From Azolla caroliniana (lineage: Eukaryota; Plantae; Polypodiophyta): a DNA stretch of 64,000 bases. Location: positions 21,576,001 to 21,640,000 of the forward strand of contig JBHGNT010000009.1 in assembly GCA_043228905.1 (NCBI GenBank), written 5' to 3'. A program made the translations under genes and the position numbers. This document shows positions 11,798 through 26,590 of the stretch, one piece after another (the first letter of the stretch is position 1; each line of letters opens with the position of its first letter). The notes beneath the pieces were generated by a model. It searched no databases. It was given only the letters and a program-made list of their open reading frames with translations, and was not told the DNA's origin.

Positions 11798-13761
11798 TAT
11801 TGCCATATTGTAATGGACAACCCCCCAACATGTGCATTTTTGCTTGTCGGTATTGTGCCAAACCCATGGCTCTATAAGCACTAACACGCATAGAGCCCTG
11901 ACCCTTAATGTCACTTTCATGCTTAACTTAGGAGGCTCTTGCAGCACATGCTTGGATTATGTCCGTGTCACTTTCACACTAGTTGATAGATTCTCCCCAG
12001 GAGCCTCCACAACCACTTGCTCTTAGGTTTTCCGACATCGGGCATGGAACTAATATCGGTTTCACACTATGCCCCCCCTTCTCTCTTTGAGTCATGCACA
12101 CACATTGTTTTGTTCGCTACTAGTTTTAGTTTTTATCTTTTCGACACTTAACTGTCATAATCCGTGGACACGCACGCACAAGCACTATAAAACGGCCTTG
12201 TTCAAGTAGAGGTATTCCCTCCCCCTTTTGGTTGTGTAATTCAAAAGCTCATGTTTGTTTATGTACTCCTTGGTGGTTGTTTGTTTCAATAAGACATGTC
12301 TCCCATCATCCACATATAAGAGATATCACACTTATTATAACTTGAATATGGAATAGTCCATATAACTTTGTAGCTTTTAGTCTTTTATTGCTCCTCCCTA
12401 TTGGAATTCTTTTAGAGAGAGAACACCTACTCCCCATCATGCGACTCACAAGTGAAAAAGCCGACATTCATTGTCACATTGTGTGGTACCATTCCTATAC
12501 ATCTTAGTGAGCAATCTAAGCTTATTCTAATAGGCTCCAAGAGGTTCAAATGTGAAAATTTTAGAATCCATTGATGTCAATGTTTTGGTTCAAATTTGAA
12601 AATTTTAGAAGGCATTGATGTCAATGTTTTGGTTCAACGTTTGTATGTCATGCACTTTCAACGTTAAAGTAGAACAGTCTCCTCTATTGGAGGTTTCATA
12701 TGTAAAAAAAATTGTTTTGTTTTAATGTGTCATTAGATAAAAGTTCTGGTAGTATTTCCCATAGTTTCACCATACTTCTTGGCAAGGATATATATTCCTT
12801 AAGAACTCAATATTAGCACAAAGTGATGTTATTGCATTGAGGTGTCCGGTTTTGGACTTACAATAATTGCGACAAGATCACGCAAATATAGATCTTCTGT
12901 CAATTTTATGCACAATACTCACTATCAAGGTCCTTTTTACTTTTGATTTTCACCTTTATTCTAGTGCTTATAGAGATAGTGGCCATCTTTAATTTAATGT
13001 TGATTATCTTAATGTAATTTTATATCCTTTATTGTATTTCAACATACCATTTCACCTAGGTACACTCTAGTTGTAGTAGATCTTTTTATGGAATACCTGA
13101 AAATGATGTAATGCCATGTAATGTAGCATTGTCTGCAATGTTTGTATGACACTATATAAGGGGCTAGTTAGGGTTAAAGAATAACCATTCTAACTAAACA
13201 TGCTACACTTATTGATGATATTGGATATATATCAATGTCACCCTTACAGTTTACCTAGTCATATGTGAAGCTATCTCATGACAAATAAATCGGGGTAATT
13301 TGAATTTTGATGCTCATTGCCTTTTCTTTCTTGCACTTATGGTTGGTGGTCATACAACTTTGAACATTCGCAATAAAGTTCATAACTTTACACTTCAGAA
13401 ACTACTACCTCGATGTTATCATTTTTATTTGGGGCATACGGTCTTCACAAGGAATATAACTTAAGAGAATGTGAACTCTGATTATGTGCGAGTGGTGTCA
13501 TGTAAGGCTTTATATAGCATCCCAATGTTTTCTTGACCTTTTTGTATTATTTTTGAGAACTCCAAAATTACTTTACTTTCCTATTTCATATTAGATGCCC
13601 TTTCTTCACATAAGATTATTCATGCAAACCTTTTTAACAACTAGTTAATAATATAAATTAAGGGAATTTTAAAACAATTTGCTTTCCATCCTATAGACTC
13701 TAGAGCTTTTATATTTTATTGTCGGTTTTCATGAATAACTGGCAATTGTTGAATTTCGTAG

Positions 13762-14310
13762 GATGCAGATGTGTTGTGGTTTCGTGATCCATTTCCTTTG
13801 CTCCTCAGTAATAATGAAGTTGATTTCCAAATTGCATGTGATAGATATAATGGAATACCTTCTGATTTGAATAACCGCCCTAATGCTGGGTTTACGTATG
13901 TTAAAGCTAACAAAAGAACAATAGACTTTTACAAGTATTGGTATGAGGAGAGGAAAAGAGATGACAAAATGGCTGATCAAGAAGTTCTTAATGCCGTAAA
14001 GTTTGAAGATAAATTCAAAAGTATTGGCTTGAAGGTGCGGTTTCTTGACACACAATTCTTTGGTGGCTTTTGCGCTATTAAAACCACTGACATGAACAAA
14101 GTTATAACCATGCATGCTAATTGTTGTAAAGGTTTAGAGGCTAAACTTAAAGATCTTCATATGATTTTGGATGACTGGAAGAAATGGAAACAACAGAAAA
14201 AATCTTTGCCAACCATGACATCGAGGCACAACAACAATAAACTACAAAGTTATAATGATCCCCATTTTCGATTACCATGGGCTTGCCCACAATCATGGGT
14301 TAAACATTAG
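13762..14310 (+). CDS. GT77-family glycosyltransferase, exon 3 (spliced product ~499 aa)
   Basis: Acceptor TTTCGTAG at 13761. Splicing gives FIFT-DADVLWFRDP (DxD). Motifs DFQIACD, PNAGFTYVK, DQEVLN, TMHANCCKGLEAKLKDL. TAG at 14308-14310. Confidence 0.92.
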   Translation, partial: DADVLWFRDPFPLLLSNNEVDFQIACDRYNGIPSDLNNRPNAGFTYVKANKRTIDFYKYWYEERKRDDKMADQEVLNAVKFEDKFKSIGLKVRFLDTQFFGGFCAIKTTDMNKVITMHANCCKGLEAKLKDLHMILDDWKKWKQQKKSLPTMTSRHNNNKLQSYNDPHFRLPWACPQSWVKH

Positions 14311-15091
14311 ATATTTGTTGAGCAAGAATGGAATTTCATATTTCAAGGGAAAATCTTTGTGCTTGTATCATAAGGCCATGTGCTAAATACTTACCATTAG
14401 TAACATCATGTTTTTTACAAGAAATTTGTAGCTTCAATTAGCTAGGTGTGCCACTAATACGAAGAGTATGTTTTATGTTTTCCTACCTGCTTAAAAATCA
14501 TTTAAAGCTTTGGAGAATCTTTGTACACATAATAATGCATACTTTTATACATGATGAAGGGAAGAATGCATGAAAACAATTCCCTATCTATTGATTGTGG
14601 AAAAACATGGCATTGTGTGTACATCTTCATACATGCATATATTCACATGTCGCACATATACGTTGTGAGTATACATATGTTTGAGTTTATACGTGTATGA
14701 TAATATACATGCACCTACGGGTGGATGCTCACACACACACAAATATATAGTAAGGATCTTCTTATTGTCGCAACGTATTAAGAAGAGATTGTACATGCAA
14801 ACTCTTTTAAGTGTGTATATATGTTCATCGTTACAATAAGTGGACAAGCTTCCCAAATCAAATACAATGTGTATGAACACACTCCTTAGGGCATTTGTGC
14901 TAAAGTTTACCCTTGTGATAAATGGAGAGGAGATAAGTTGATAACATGTATAGAATAAATTGGATCATTTAGACATCCAACTCACTCTTCTACCATAATA
15001 GGTTGGTTTATGTAAAGTACACATTAATGCTTTACATAAACCCAAGGCCCTATCTTGTATCTAAAGTTTAAATATAGAGTAGTAATGACTT

Positions 15092-16099
15092 CTTCTTCTT
15101 CTTCTTTTTCCCAAAATGAAGCTACTTTCCCATTAGTTAGGAAGGATTATTACAAAGAGACTGTACAAGGAGGCTTATACATAGAACGGGGAATCTCCCT
15201 CCGATCAGGTTCAAGAAAAGGAGACTAGTTACAACGCCTTTCGGACTGACTACTTAATGTAAGTACCTATAGCTAAAAACGGTGCCCTTTAGTGATGGCT
15301 AGTACGAGACACCTCCTGGGGTCGACATCAAAGGGAGGGTGGTAAGTGAGCCGGAAACAACCAGCGTGGGGGCTGGTAGTTCCACCTCGGGCCACTTCCT
15401 CCTTGTGCCACCATAGGCGTGTTCCGCCATTTCTACCAAAAGCGCAAAGGGGCCGTAACCACGTCATTGGAATGGCTGCAAACCTCGTCCAATTGCCCTC
15501 GTAAGCAGCTGATCAACGCAAACCATATGTCCATTATCACTTCCTCCAAGGGCCGCACCAGATCCTGAAAGACCTTTTGGCAACGCGCTTTCCATACATA
15601 CCACAGGGTGAAGCCTAGGATCAGCATCCAAATGTCCAAGAACCTAGGGGATGCGGACTGCAAGCCTCTCTCAAATCGAATCTTGGCGATTTTGCCTCTC
15701 ATGCATACGTAGCACCAACTATCCGCATTGAGGGTGTCCGTCCACCTATCAACGGAGTGATCAAGCCATGCCGCAACACTCCACGATGTTGTTCCTTCCA
15801 TTTCACATGCTGCAAGGAGGCGAGTCACTCTATCCCATACCTTTTGAGCTTGAGGGCAATCCCACAGACAATGCCTCAAAGTCTCAATAGGTAAATGGCA
15901 AAGTGGGCAGCCTAACGGGCTGCCACGTTTACCTAGCCATTCGCCAACGAGAACCACATTATGACTGATTTGCCACCAAACACACTTAAATATCTTTTCT
16001 AGCATGTGGAGACGCCAGAGACCCTTCCAAAAGGTAATGAGCACCTCGTCAGGGATGCCCAATGTACGCCAGCTGTTGCGTAAGGGGTCGTCTAGCTGC
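15092..16099 (-). mobile_element. 5'-truncated L1-type LINE (zf-RVT and ORF2 C-terminus)
   Basis: CPLC..ETLRHCLWDC zinc finger. A5(GAA)n tail. TSD agagtagtaatg(a/g)ctt at 15076-15091 and 16100-16115. Confidence 0.9.
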
Positions 16100-16219
16100 A
16101 GAGTAGTAATGGCTTATTTACCATTGTATCATCATGACCCGCTTCGCTCAATACATTGGCATCTCCTCCTCCCCCTTCCCCCCTCTCTCTTTTATTTTAT
16201 TGGTGGTATCCTCTTAGGC

Positions 16220-16348
16220 TTGACTTTCACACCTCTCCATTATACTATATGTAGTTTTTCCTTAATTGACTAAGTGTCATTGTGGAATGTAGGGGTTGAA
16301 CACATGCTTTATGTCCCCATCGAACAAGATCGCCAACTGAGCTATAGG
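16220..16348 (-). mobile_element. tRNA-derived SINE-like repeat
   Basis: Minus strand TAGCTCAGTTGG (box A) ... GTGTTCAACCCC, with a body shared with 9485-9635. Confidence 0.45.
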
Positions 16349-17799
16349 CTTTATCTCTCTTTCTTTTTGACAAACTATGACTTGAATAAAAACTCACAAA
16401 AAGATCTCTGATATTGAGTACGAAGATAAGTTTTGTAATCCATGAAATATACATATTTCAAAAATATACTTCTCATAGGGTTTGGTCGTAAAATGGCAAG
16501 CACTCACAAGGGAGCCACACAATCAAGGACGATGATTGGTAATAAGTCGAGATTACCAAATAGTCTTCATATTAATGTAACAAATTAAGCCATAACAAAG
16601 ATAATGCTTAAGAGTTATCTAATTTATCTCCAAAAAACCATAAACAAGCAATATGAAGAGATTAGGGCACTCATGAAGGAGAATGCAAAACTACAACTTC
16701 TTTTCTAAAAAAAATTGCAAATTATTGTTATTACGAATGAGAGTATTAAGAAAATAGTTGCAAATTTTAACAATGAGATTAGAGAATGTAAGAAGCTTTG
16801 GGCCCGGTTCGGTTTCAGTTTAGTTTGATTTTGGTTCAGTTTTAGTTTGGTTCGATTTTTGGGCCTTATAACCAAGCTGAACCAAATCATTAATTTAAAC
16901 TCCTTAAACAAAAAACATTTAATATGTATGTTACATTAATCAAATAATTAAACATAAAAATTTATTAAATTAATTAAAACATTAAACCATGAAGGAAATA
17001 AAAACAAATTAAGAAATAACTCATATGCAACTGACACGTGCAATCACTCTTCACTTCCTTCACTCTCCACATCCAATTCTTCATCAACCGTGGCCACATG
17101 AGTTGGACGGAACATTAGTTTGGGTCGTATGTGGTAATCAAAGTTAATGATAATTCTATCAACCACCACATGAGTTGGACGGAACAAGGTTGGCAATACC
17201 AATAGCCGGGAACAGAATCAAGACATTCAAGAAACAAAAAGATGAAGAACCATACATTGAAGATATTAAAATCGACAATAACGATGATAGAATTATCATT
17301 AACTTTGATTACCACATATGGCCCAAAGCATCAATTTGCAAACTTCGTCAAATGTTGTACTATGTTAGTTGTCCACCCCACTATCATAGACAATCACCCA
17401 GTCCCATTCTTCAATCTTCTTCGGATGTAGACGATATGTTCAATTAAACCTCCCTTTATTACAGAGTGTCAATGGGAAGCGAACGAGTTGTTGTTTTTCT
17501 GCAAAAAAATGTTGAACAACACACACACACACACACCGAAGAGCACAGAAAAAGAAGCAGACACGCAGAAAAATGGTTGGGGGCATAAAAACCCCTCGTT
17601 TCTATTAACTTATATACCTTAGTGATAAATAGTGAGAATTACCTTTTTGGCCTTTCTCACTATCTATCATTCTCCCACTAAAGGCAAAACAAGGGATCAA
17701 CAAAGCTGATGGGAAGATTGGACAAGACCTACACATCCTACTTGATGAGTATGTTACACAATATACAAAAACAATGTGTGTAGCATGAACACCTAAGTA

Positions 17800-19720
17800 A
17801 TTCCCACCAAGTGACAACAATGCTCTATCGCATCATGCGGTAGAGCTTTAGTCAATGCATCTGCGACATTTTCTTGAGAGACAACTTTCTCAAGACTGAT
17901 GTAGCCAACAACTATTCATTTTCGAATGAAGTGATATCACACTCCAATGTGCTTGGTCTTTGCATGGTATACTGGATTTTTAGCCAATACAATGGGACTC
18001 TGACTATTACAAAATAGTACGGGTACAAGTTAAGGTATGCCCATGTCACAAGCTAATCTGGACAACCATACAACTTCCTTGCATGCTTCGCTCGCTGCAA
18101 CATACTCTGCTTCTATAGTGGACAGAGCAGTACATTCTTGGAGATGAGATCTCCAAGATATGGCACCTCCCATAAATTGAAAAATGTACCTTGAAGTGGA
18201 TTTTCTACTGTCAAAACAACCAGCATAATCAGAGTCTGTATATCCAATAATGGATACATTTCCGCCACCTAAACAAAGTCACCTATTCTTAGTGCCACAC
18301 AGATATCTTAATATCAATTTAACTGCCTCCCAATGTTTCTTACCAGGGTTTGACAAAAATCTTCTCACAGTTCCCACTGCAAAAGCAATGTCTGGCCTAG
18401 TCGCTATCATAGCATACATAAGACTACCAACAACAAACTGGTAAGGAAATTTACTCATGAACTCCCTTTCATGAGCAGATTTGGGGCATTCATCTTTGCT
18501 CAGTTTAACATGCATAGATAATGGAGTGCTCAAAGGCTTTGCATTCTCCATATTAAACCTCTTGAGTATTTTGCATACATACTCAGATTGAGACAAATAA
18601 ATACATCCATTACTCCTAGTATCCCGAGTAATATGCATTCCAAGGATGTGTTTAGCATTTACCAAATCTTTCATATCGAAGGTTTGACCCAAATTTTTCT
18701 TTGATTTGGACAACTCATCCTTGTTTTTACCGATGATGAGAGTGTCATCTACATAGGGTACCAAGATCACATCTGAGTCATCTATGCATTTCTTTGTATA
18801 TAGGCATGAATCTTCATTACTCCTAGCATAACTTTGGGACCTCATAAAGGCGTCAATTTTTTTATACCATTTTTGCGGCGATTGCTTAAGAATATATAAG
18901 CTTTTCTTAAGTTTACATACCAAAGGCATTTTCCCATAAACTTCAAAACCCTTTGGTTGCTCCATATAGATCTCTTCATCGAGATCTCCATCCAAAAAAG
19001 TAGTTTTTACATCCATTTGAAATAAATCAAGATCATTCTTAGCAACCAATGCAAGCATCATGCATAACGTAGTCATCTTGACTGTCGGAGAGAAGATTTC
19101 ATCGAAATCGACTCCTTGTTCTTGTTTAAAACCTTTTTGCCACAATGCAAGCTTTATACTTGGGATGGACACTATCAGATGTGTATTTGTATTTATACAC
19201 CCATTTATACAATAGTGCTTTCATACCTTTTGGCAAAGGCACTAAATCCCAAGTTCCATTCTTATGGATACTGTCCAACTCAGTTTGCATTGCTTGTTTC
19301 CATTTAGCATGATCATGAATAGATATGGCTTCATTGTAACATGAAGGCTCATCGGCATCTGTTAGCATTACATAATCAACAAACTTACTAGGTTCTTTGG
19401 AGACACACGTGGATCTCCTCAATGATTCCTGAACCTGAATACCATCAAGTTGTGCATGAGAAACATCATTCTGAGCATATTCTTGCTAAAACTCATCGTT
19501 TTGCACATCATCGTGCTGAGCATCATCATACTGACCAATAACAGTTTTTCGTGATTGGCCACATGTAGAAGCATCTACATCAATAAGATTTTTCTGTTTT
19601 ACATCAAGAGAAGGCATAATATCTTTAAACACAACCTTTCCCACTTCTACCTCCTTTACGGACTGTTTATACATTTTGTTCTCATAAAAAACACTAGCCT
19701 CCTTTATTTTGTTCAATATG
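17800..19720 (-). mobile_element. Degenerate Ty1/Copia retrotransposon (RT-RNase H fragment)
   Basis: NGTWDLVPLP, QMDVKTTFL, LKKSLYILKQSP, YVDD, TRPDIAFAVG and an RNase H SDYAG...KHIGV region. Frameshifts and stops. Ends not resolved. Confidence 0.9.
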
Positions 19721-22700
19721 AGATCTAAGTCCTCAGGCGTCTTTCAAGTTGCCTTATCTACGCAACCAATAGGTCCTCCCTACTCATTTCATTATCCCAG
19801 GGCATTGACACCCGCAATGTGACAACCTTTCAATTAAGACTTTTGTCCCAAAATGAATTGCATATCTTATTTTGTCCCGACTCTCTTGATTGATCACCCG
19901 TCCAATACTAGTCAACCTTGTGTCTACTATAATAAATGTAGGTGATCCAGGTTCATAGATTGGCTTCCTTAGTATGAGGGAAGGAAGGTTTGGATCAACC
20001 AATTAAGCCTTAAACAGTTTGGCCCAAAACAGTTTCGTTCGGCTCGAGCCTTGCCAAACTGAGCTCAATTTGGGATACTCGGGCTTGAACCAAGCCTAAC
20101 CGAACCGCCAAACCAACCAAACAATTTAACGACTCGGTTTTAGGTTGAATTGAGTCGTTGCCAACTCCTACTACACATTTCCCCATGTATTCAATAGCAT
20201 TAACCATTTAGCCACTAATTTAACTTTATATATTATTTTGTTTTATTTTTAATATATATCTACATATTTACATTGTTTCTATTAGATATCCCCTTTCCCC
20301 AATTTTCTCTCTTTTAAACCCTTGGACTCATCACGTTGCAACAACGTATATTCCAATTGTGGTGGAACCCCCAACATTGTAAAAATTGGAACAAGATCTC
20401 TAGATCCTCATTTGGACCATTTTGAACAAACTAAGGAAAAACCCATTGTTGAGGCATCGAATAGCAATGGGATGAAACTTGTCAAATCTCTTATTAGTAC
20501 TTCCAAATTATATGAGTTATAGGGCATTTAATTAACCTTTGTGTATTGTATTCTAATGGAGTTGTACAAAAGAAGCATGTATATAACCATAGTCCTCATA
20601 TGCTTAAGGTTGAACCTAATACTCATGAAGTTAACATGCTTAGATTTACTATATTATCATTTTTGAGGAAAATACCTTGATTATAGTTTTCTCAATAGTA
20701 AAGATATTATTAAAATCAACACATCCTTGAAATAGACCTCTCACATTTCTATCGATCTATTTTGTTGTTATGGGAAGGTTTTTGTTCAAGCTCCCCTCAA
20801 GTAAAAGCGAAATGTATTTTTTAGTGTCATAATATAACCCCCTCGATTGGGCACTATAGAATACATCAAACACTCATTCTAAACTTTACATAATATTTTG
20901 CCCTAAATTATCCCATGGCATGCAAATTTCAACAATCAAATGTTTGCAATATTATCAAGCTTTTTCAATTGTTCAAAGAATCATGATGTAGTTTGAAAAA
21001 TCATGGTCCTAAACCTAGTATCTGGAAGTTGTTATTAAACTTGTTTAGAAACACCATAGAGGATGCAACTTATTTACTGCAATCCTAAGAATCGAAACCA
21101 TCGTACAATAAAATGCTATGGAGCATCTCAAAGAATCAGGTGACACTAGAAATGTGGAAGTATTTCTAGTGAATATTTGGACGTGGGAGGATTTGAAGGG
21201 TCAATGGGATGGTATAGTTAGAGATTTTGATGCTAAAATTGCTCAACACAAGTTTCTTATCGTCTAGACAGTTACTCCATTCATGACATCCAATTACGAC
21301 ACTCCTTATTGGCATTTTCAACCTCCAAAATGGTTGTTTCCCCCGCCACCGCACATAGAGTTTAAAATCTTGTAAAATGTTTACACTAATGACAAGATAT
21401 CTTCTTTTAAAAAAAATATATTTGGACATCGGAGGATTTGGAAATTGCCATAAGATTAGGTCTTATTACAACATGTAGTTTTAAGCTGAATGGCATCAAC
21501 ATTTATCTTGCATGTAAGATTGAGTTGCTTAAGAGAGATATCATATCCTTCCACATGTGAAATGCAATGGCAGTTAGCAAATTCTCAAAAATAATTGCTT
21601 AAAGTACACACAAATAATGAGATATAGTATATCCCTTCAATTTTGCCTCTTATAAATTTGTGTAAAAAAGGATGTTCTTTGTGTATAGATTAATAAAAGA
21701 AAAAAAAGAGAGAAGTAGGAGGGGTGTTTGTGTACCATTGAGTAGAGAGAAAGGGGGTAGATCAAGTGTACGAATGCAACGAGATATTGTAGACAATGGC
21801 CATCTATTGTTGTGGAAAAAAAGGGAAGTGTAGGTACATTCCTATAGAGGCTAAAATGGCCCATGCCAGCACAATATATGCCCTTCAATTTGGAGTGAAC
21901 GGTAGGGGAATGCGAGAGAAATGTGTAAGATGAAGAGAGATGAGGTTATACACATACCCTATCACATGAGTGTAACAACCATGACAATGAAGTGCAATGG
22001 TGGTGAATCATGATTGTTTTCCAAGAGGGGACCGAGATAAAGAGAAAGAGAGAGGAAAGTACATGCTGACATGTGAATGCAATGAAAAAAGCAATTCCAC
22101 TAGTGCCGTTTCACATGTTGGTTGGGACAAGTCTTGAAGCCCCAATGACATTTGTATGGACTCGACCGTTCACATCATAACCAATACTTTTGGTGGCGTG
22201 CTTGGCTGTTTTCGTAGAGGCATTCATTCATTATAAAGGTAATATTCTCAATCATGCCATCATATCATGATGCCCGTTGCCAGCCTTTTATAACTTTTTA
22301 TTTTAATGTAGGCCAACATTTGCACAATTACTATATACAATGCTACATAAAAGTTTTAGACAAATAGAAGAAAAAGAGAACACACAAGGAGCATAGTATT
22401 TTATTAAACAATGAGTGTATACAATACAAAGAAGGATGATGATGAGGATGGCAATGATGATGATGATGATAATGATGAACGGGCAAAAGAAATGTTTGGG
22501 CTAATAAAACATAATAGATGGCTTAAGACGTAGACATTGGAGCAAACAAAATGGCACCAATGGGACCTCTTATACCTTTTTTTCTTCTTCTTAATCACAC
22601 ATGATTCTAGCTAAGTCTAAGGGATTGTAATGAGGGGAAAAACAAAACAAAAAGACAAGATTACAGATAGAAAGCACTAATATTTGACCTAGGTTCTTTT

Positions 22701-22792
22701 CACACACATGAACCTAGGCCTAGGGGCGGGCTTTGTGGAGGACGGGATGAAACCAAAGATAGGTGCTCTTCTTTTTCACCAACAATGAAAGC

Positions 22793-22891
22793 TTAACTCT
22801 CTCGGTTCTTGAAAGGCAATGCCCGGATAATAATGATGTGGTATCCGGCCGCCAAACTTGCACCGATGAGGGGGCCAACCCAGAAAATCCA
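22793..22891 (-). CDS. PIP1: Aquaporin PIP1, exon 4 ([11 protein letters not shown]...PFKNRES*)
   Basis: Acceptor at 22892-22893. Stop at 22793-22795. Confidence 0.93.
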   Translation of the reverse strand, partial: WIFWVGPLIGASLAAGYHIIIIRALPFKNRES

Positions 22892-23094
22892 CTGCAACAA
22901 ACGAGACACGATTACTTAACATTTTCTAGCTTATCAGATCATGTTTTCCCCATCAAAGCATAAGGTGCAAAAATCCCTACAAGAATGTGAAATGTACGAG
23001 ATACCATGTGGACAATCATGTGAAAGCTCTCAAACAAAGAGTTTTGGAAGTGTTTGCTCTTGAATTTGGTGGTAAAGAGGGCATTGAGTCTTAC

Positions 23095-23235
23095 ATGATC
23101 ATCCCAAGCCTGGTCCTTGTTGTAGATGATGGCAGCTCCCAAGCTTCTTGCGGGGTTAATACCAGTGCCGGTGATGGGGATGGTGGCAAGGTGGACCAAG
23201 AACACGGCGAAACCGATGGGAAGGGGTGCCAAAAG
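23095..23235 (-). CDS. PIP1: Aquaporin PIP1, exon 3 (second [12 protein letters not shown])
   Basis: 141-bp exon with GT/AG borders. Confidence 0.95.
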
Positions 23236-23391
23236 CTACGAAAAGCAAAAAATAAAATTTAGAGAAGGCATTTCATTTATTTGTCATGTGCAAGAGAGCT
23301 TCGGGACTAAAGAAAACATTGTCCAAAACATTGGAGTATAGTAGTAAGTAGGACACATTAGGAAGGGTTCCATAAGGAAGGACGAGCTTAC

Positions 23392-23687
23392 GGGCACGTG
23401 GGAGTCGCGGGCGCTCCTCTTGGCATCGGTGGCCGAGAAGACGGTGTAGACAAGGACAAAAGTCCCGACGATCTCAGCACCGAGGCCATCTCCCTTCGTA
23501 TAGCCATTCTGGACAACATTGGCGCCACCACCTTTTGCCTCATAGAACCCTGGTTGGAAGGCCTTCACGATACCAGCACCGCAGATGGCACCCAGGCTCT
23601 GCATTATCACGTAGTACACGAGGCGCGGCAAGCTTACCTTGCGGGCCAAGAACAAGCCCCATGTGACAGCAGGGTTGATGTGCCCAC
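23392..23687 (-). CDS. PIP1: Aquaporin PIP1, exon 2 (first [12 protein letters not shown])
   Basis: 296-bp exon ending [15 protein letters not shown]. Confidence 0.95.
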
Positions 23688-23756
23688 CTGAAGAGCCCCC
23701 AACAACATAGGAAATTCAACACATTAGAAAACAGAGGACAAAAGTGAAGAAAGCAT

Positions 23757-25210
<1,454 letters not shown>

Positions 25211-25249
25211 CATGGAGATAGATATGTGCAGAAACAGAGCATGACTGTT

Positions 25250-25288
<39 letters not shown>

Positions 25289-25321
25289 AGAGGAATGGGA
25301 GGAATTTTAGTTGAGGTGGAC

Positions 25322-25667
25322 CTGAGATGCCTGCAGTGCAGTAGACGAGGGCGAAGATCATGCCGCCGAAGGCCCAAGCAATGCCTTGGATACCGACGCC
25401 AGGGCAAAGGTTAGTGCTGTTTTTGGCTGCCTCCTTCTGCTGATTGTACCCCATCACCGTCTGGATGGTGATGTACAGGAACAGCAGAGTTGCGAAGAAT
25501 TCGGCGATCCCGGCCCTCCAGAAGGACCAGGATGTGAACTCCGACGGGTCCACAAATGGCGTTGCAGGCGGCTCCACATAGTCCCTGCTCTGCGCCGCCG
25601 TCCCCAATGGCTGCCTCTCGTTGAACTTGTTGGCTCCCAACCGCACATCCTCGTCCTTCGATTCCAT
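25322..25667 (-). CDS. PIP1: Aquaporin PIP1, coding exon 1 ([15 protein letters not shown]...); total 293 aa
   Basis: PIP1-type N-terminus, [35 protein letters not shown]. Donor at 25320-25321. Confidence 0.95.
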
Positions 25668-26330
25668 CTGTTCCCCCCCACCCAACAAACAGAAATGACT
25701 GATCTCTCAGAGTTCTCGGAATTAGGGTTTACACGAGCTTGCCTGCAACACCCACAGCCAGTTTTGTGTCAGGTATTTATTATGACCCGCTTTCTTTCAA
25801 CAGATCATACATAACAGAAATGGAAGAATTTCTTTGTTTTCTTTTTTCTTTTTTCTTTTTTCTTTTTTCTTTTTTTCTTTTTTCTTCTGTAGATGTCTAG
25901 AAGTTTAAGTTAGCAAGCAAGTGTGGAAATCAGAGGGAGCTATGTCCCAGCTTCAGGGGATATGCAAAAAAAATAAAATCAGAGGGCATTTTCATTTAGC
26001 TAGACTTGTGAGAAAAAAAGCAAGCAGATTTTACGAGACAGACAGAGAAATTTGTGCAAGAGAAGCTCCCCCCAAAAAAAAAAACAGAGTTTCAGATGGA
26101 AAAGAAAAGAAAAAACCAGAAACATGAAAGAAGTCAGAGTTAGAGAATTAACCAAAATTGGTAAGCTGAAGCAGGGTAAAGGAACAGAGTGAAGGGGGTG
26201 GAGAAAAACAGAGAGGAAGGGGAAATGGAGAGAGCAGAAAAACAGAGGAAAATGAAGGAACAGGGTTAGGAGAATGAAGATTAAATAAAAGCAGAGAATT
26301 ATTGCTTCTGAGGTGAAGAAGCTTAGCTAC

Positions 26331-26519
26331 CTGTGTGTGTCCTGTCTCTCAGAAATAAGCTCCTTCTTCTTCTTCTTCTTCTTCTTCTTCTTCTTCTTCC
26401 TTCTTCCTTCTTATTGTAGTGAGCAGAGAGTGATGAGAAGAGAAGGCAATGGGATGATTGATAAAGGGGAAGAGAGAGAAGGAGACAGACAGAGAGAAGA
26501 GAGAGAGAAGAGAGAGAAG

Positions 26520-26586
<67 letters not shown>

Positions 26587-26590
26587 ATGT
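26331..26590 (-). other. Probable non-coding 5' UTR exon of PIP1 with (CT)n and (GAA)n tracts
   Basis: Donor CAG|GTAGCT at 26329-26330. Acceptor CAG lies immediately before the ATG at 25667. Confidence 0.5.

Noticed and set aside
11139-11891. 250-aa and 192-aa repeat-protein ORFs
   Set aside because: A by-product of a 54-bp (multiple of 3) stop-free unit inside an intron.
16780-20170. Single hAT element enclosing the Copia, suggested by AACCG/GGTTC-rich ends
   Set aside because: The termini do not form a convincing TIR and there is no TSD.
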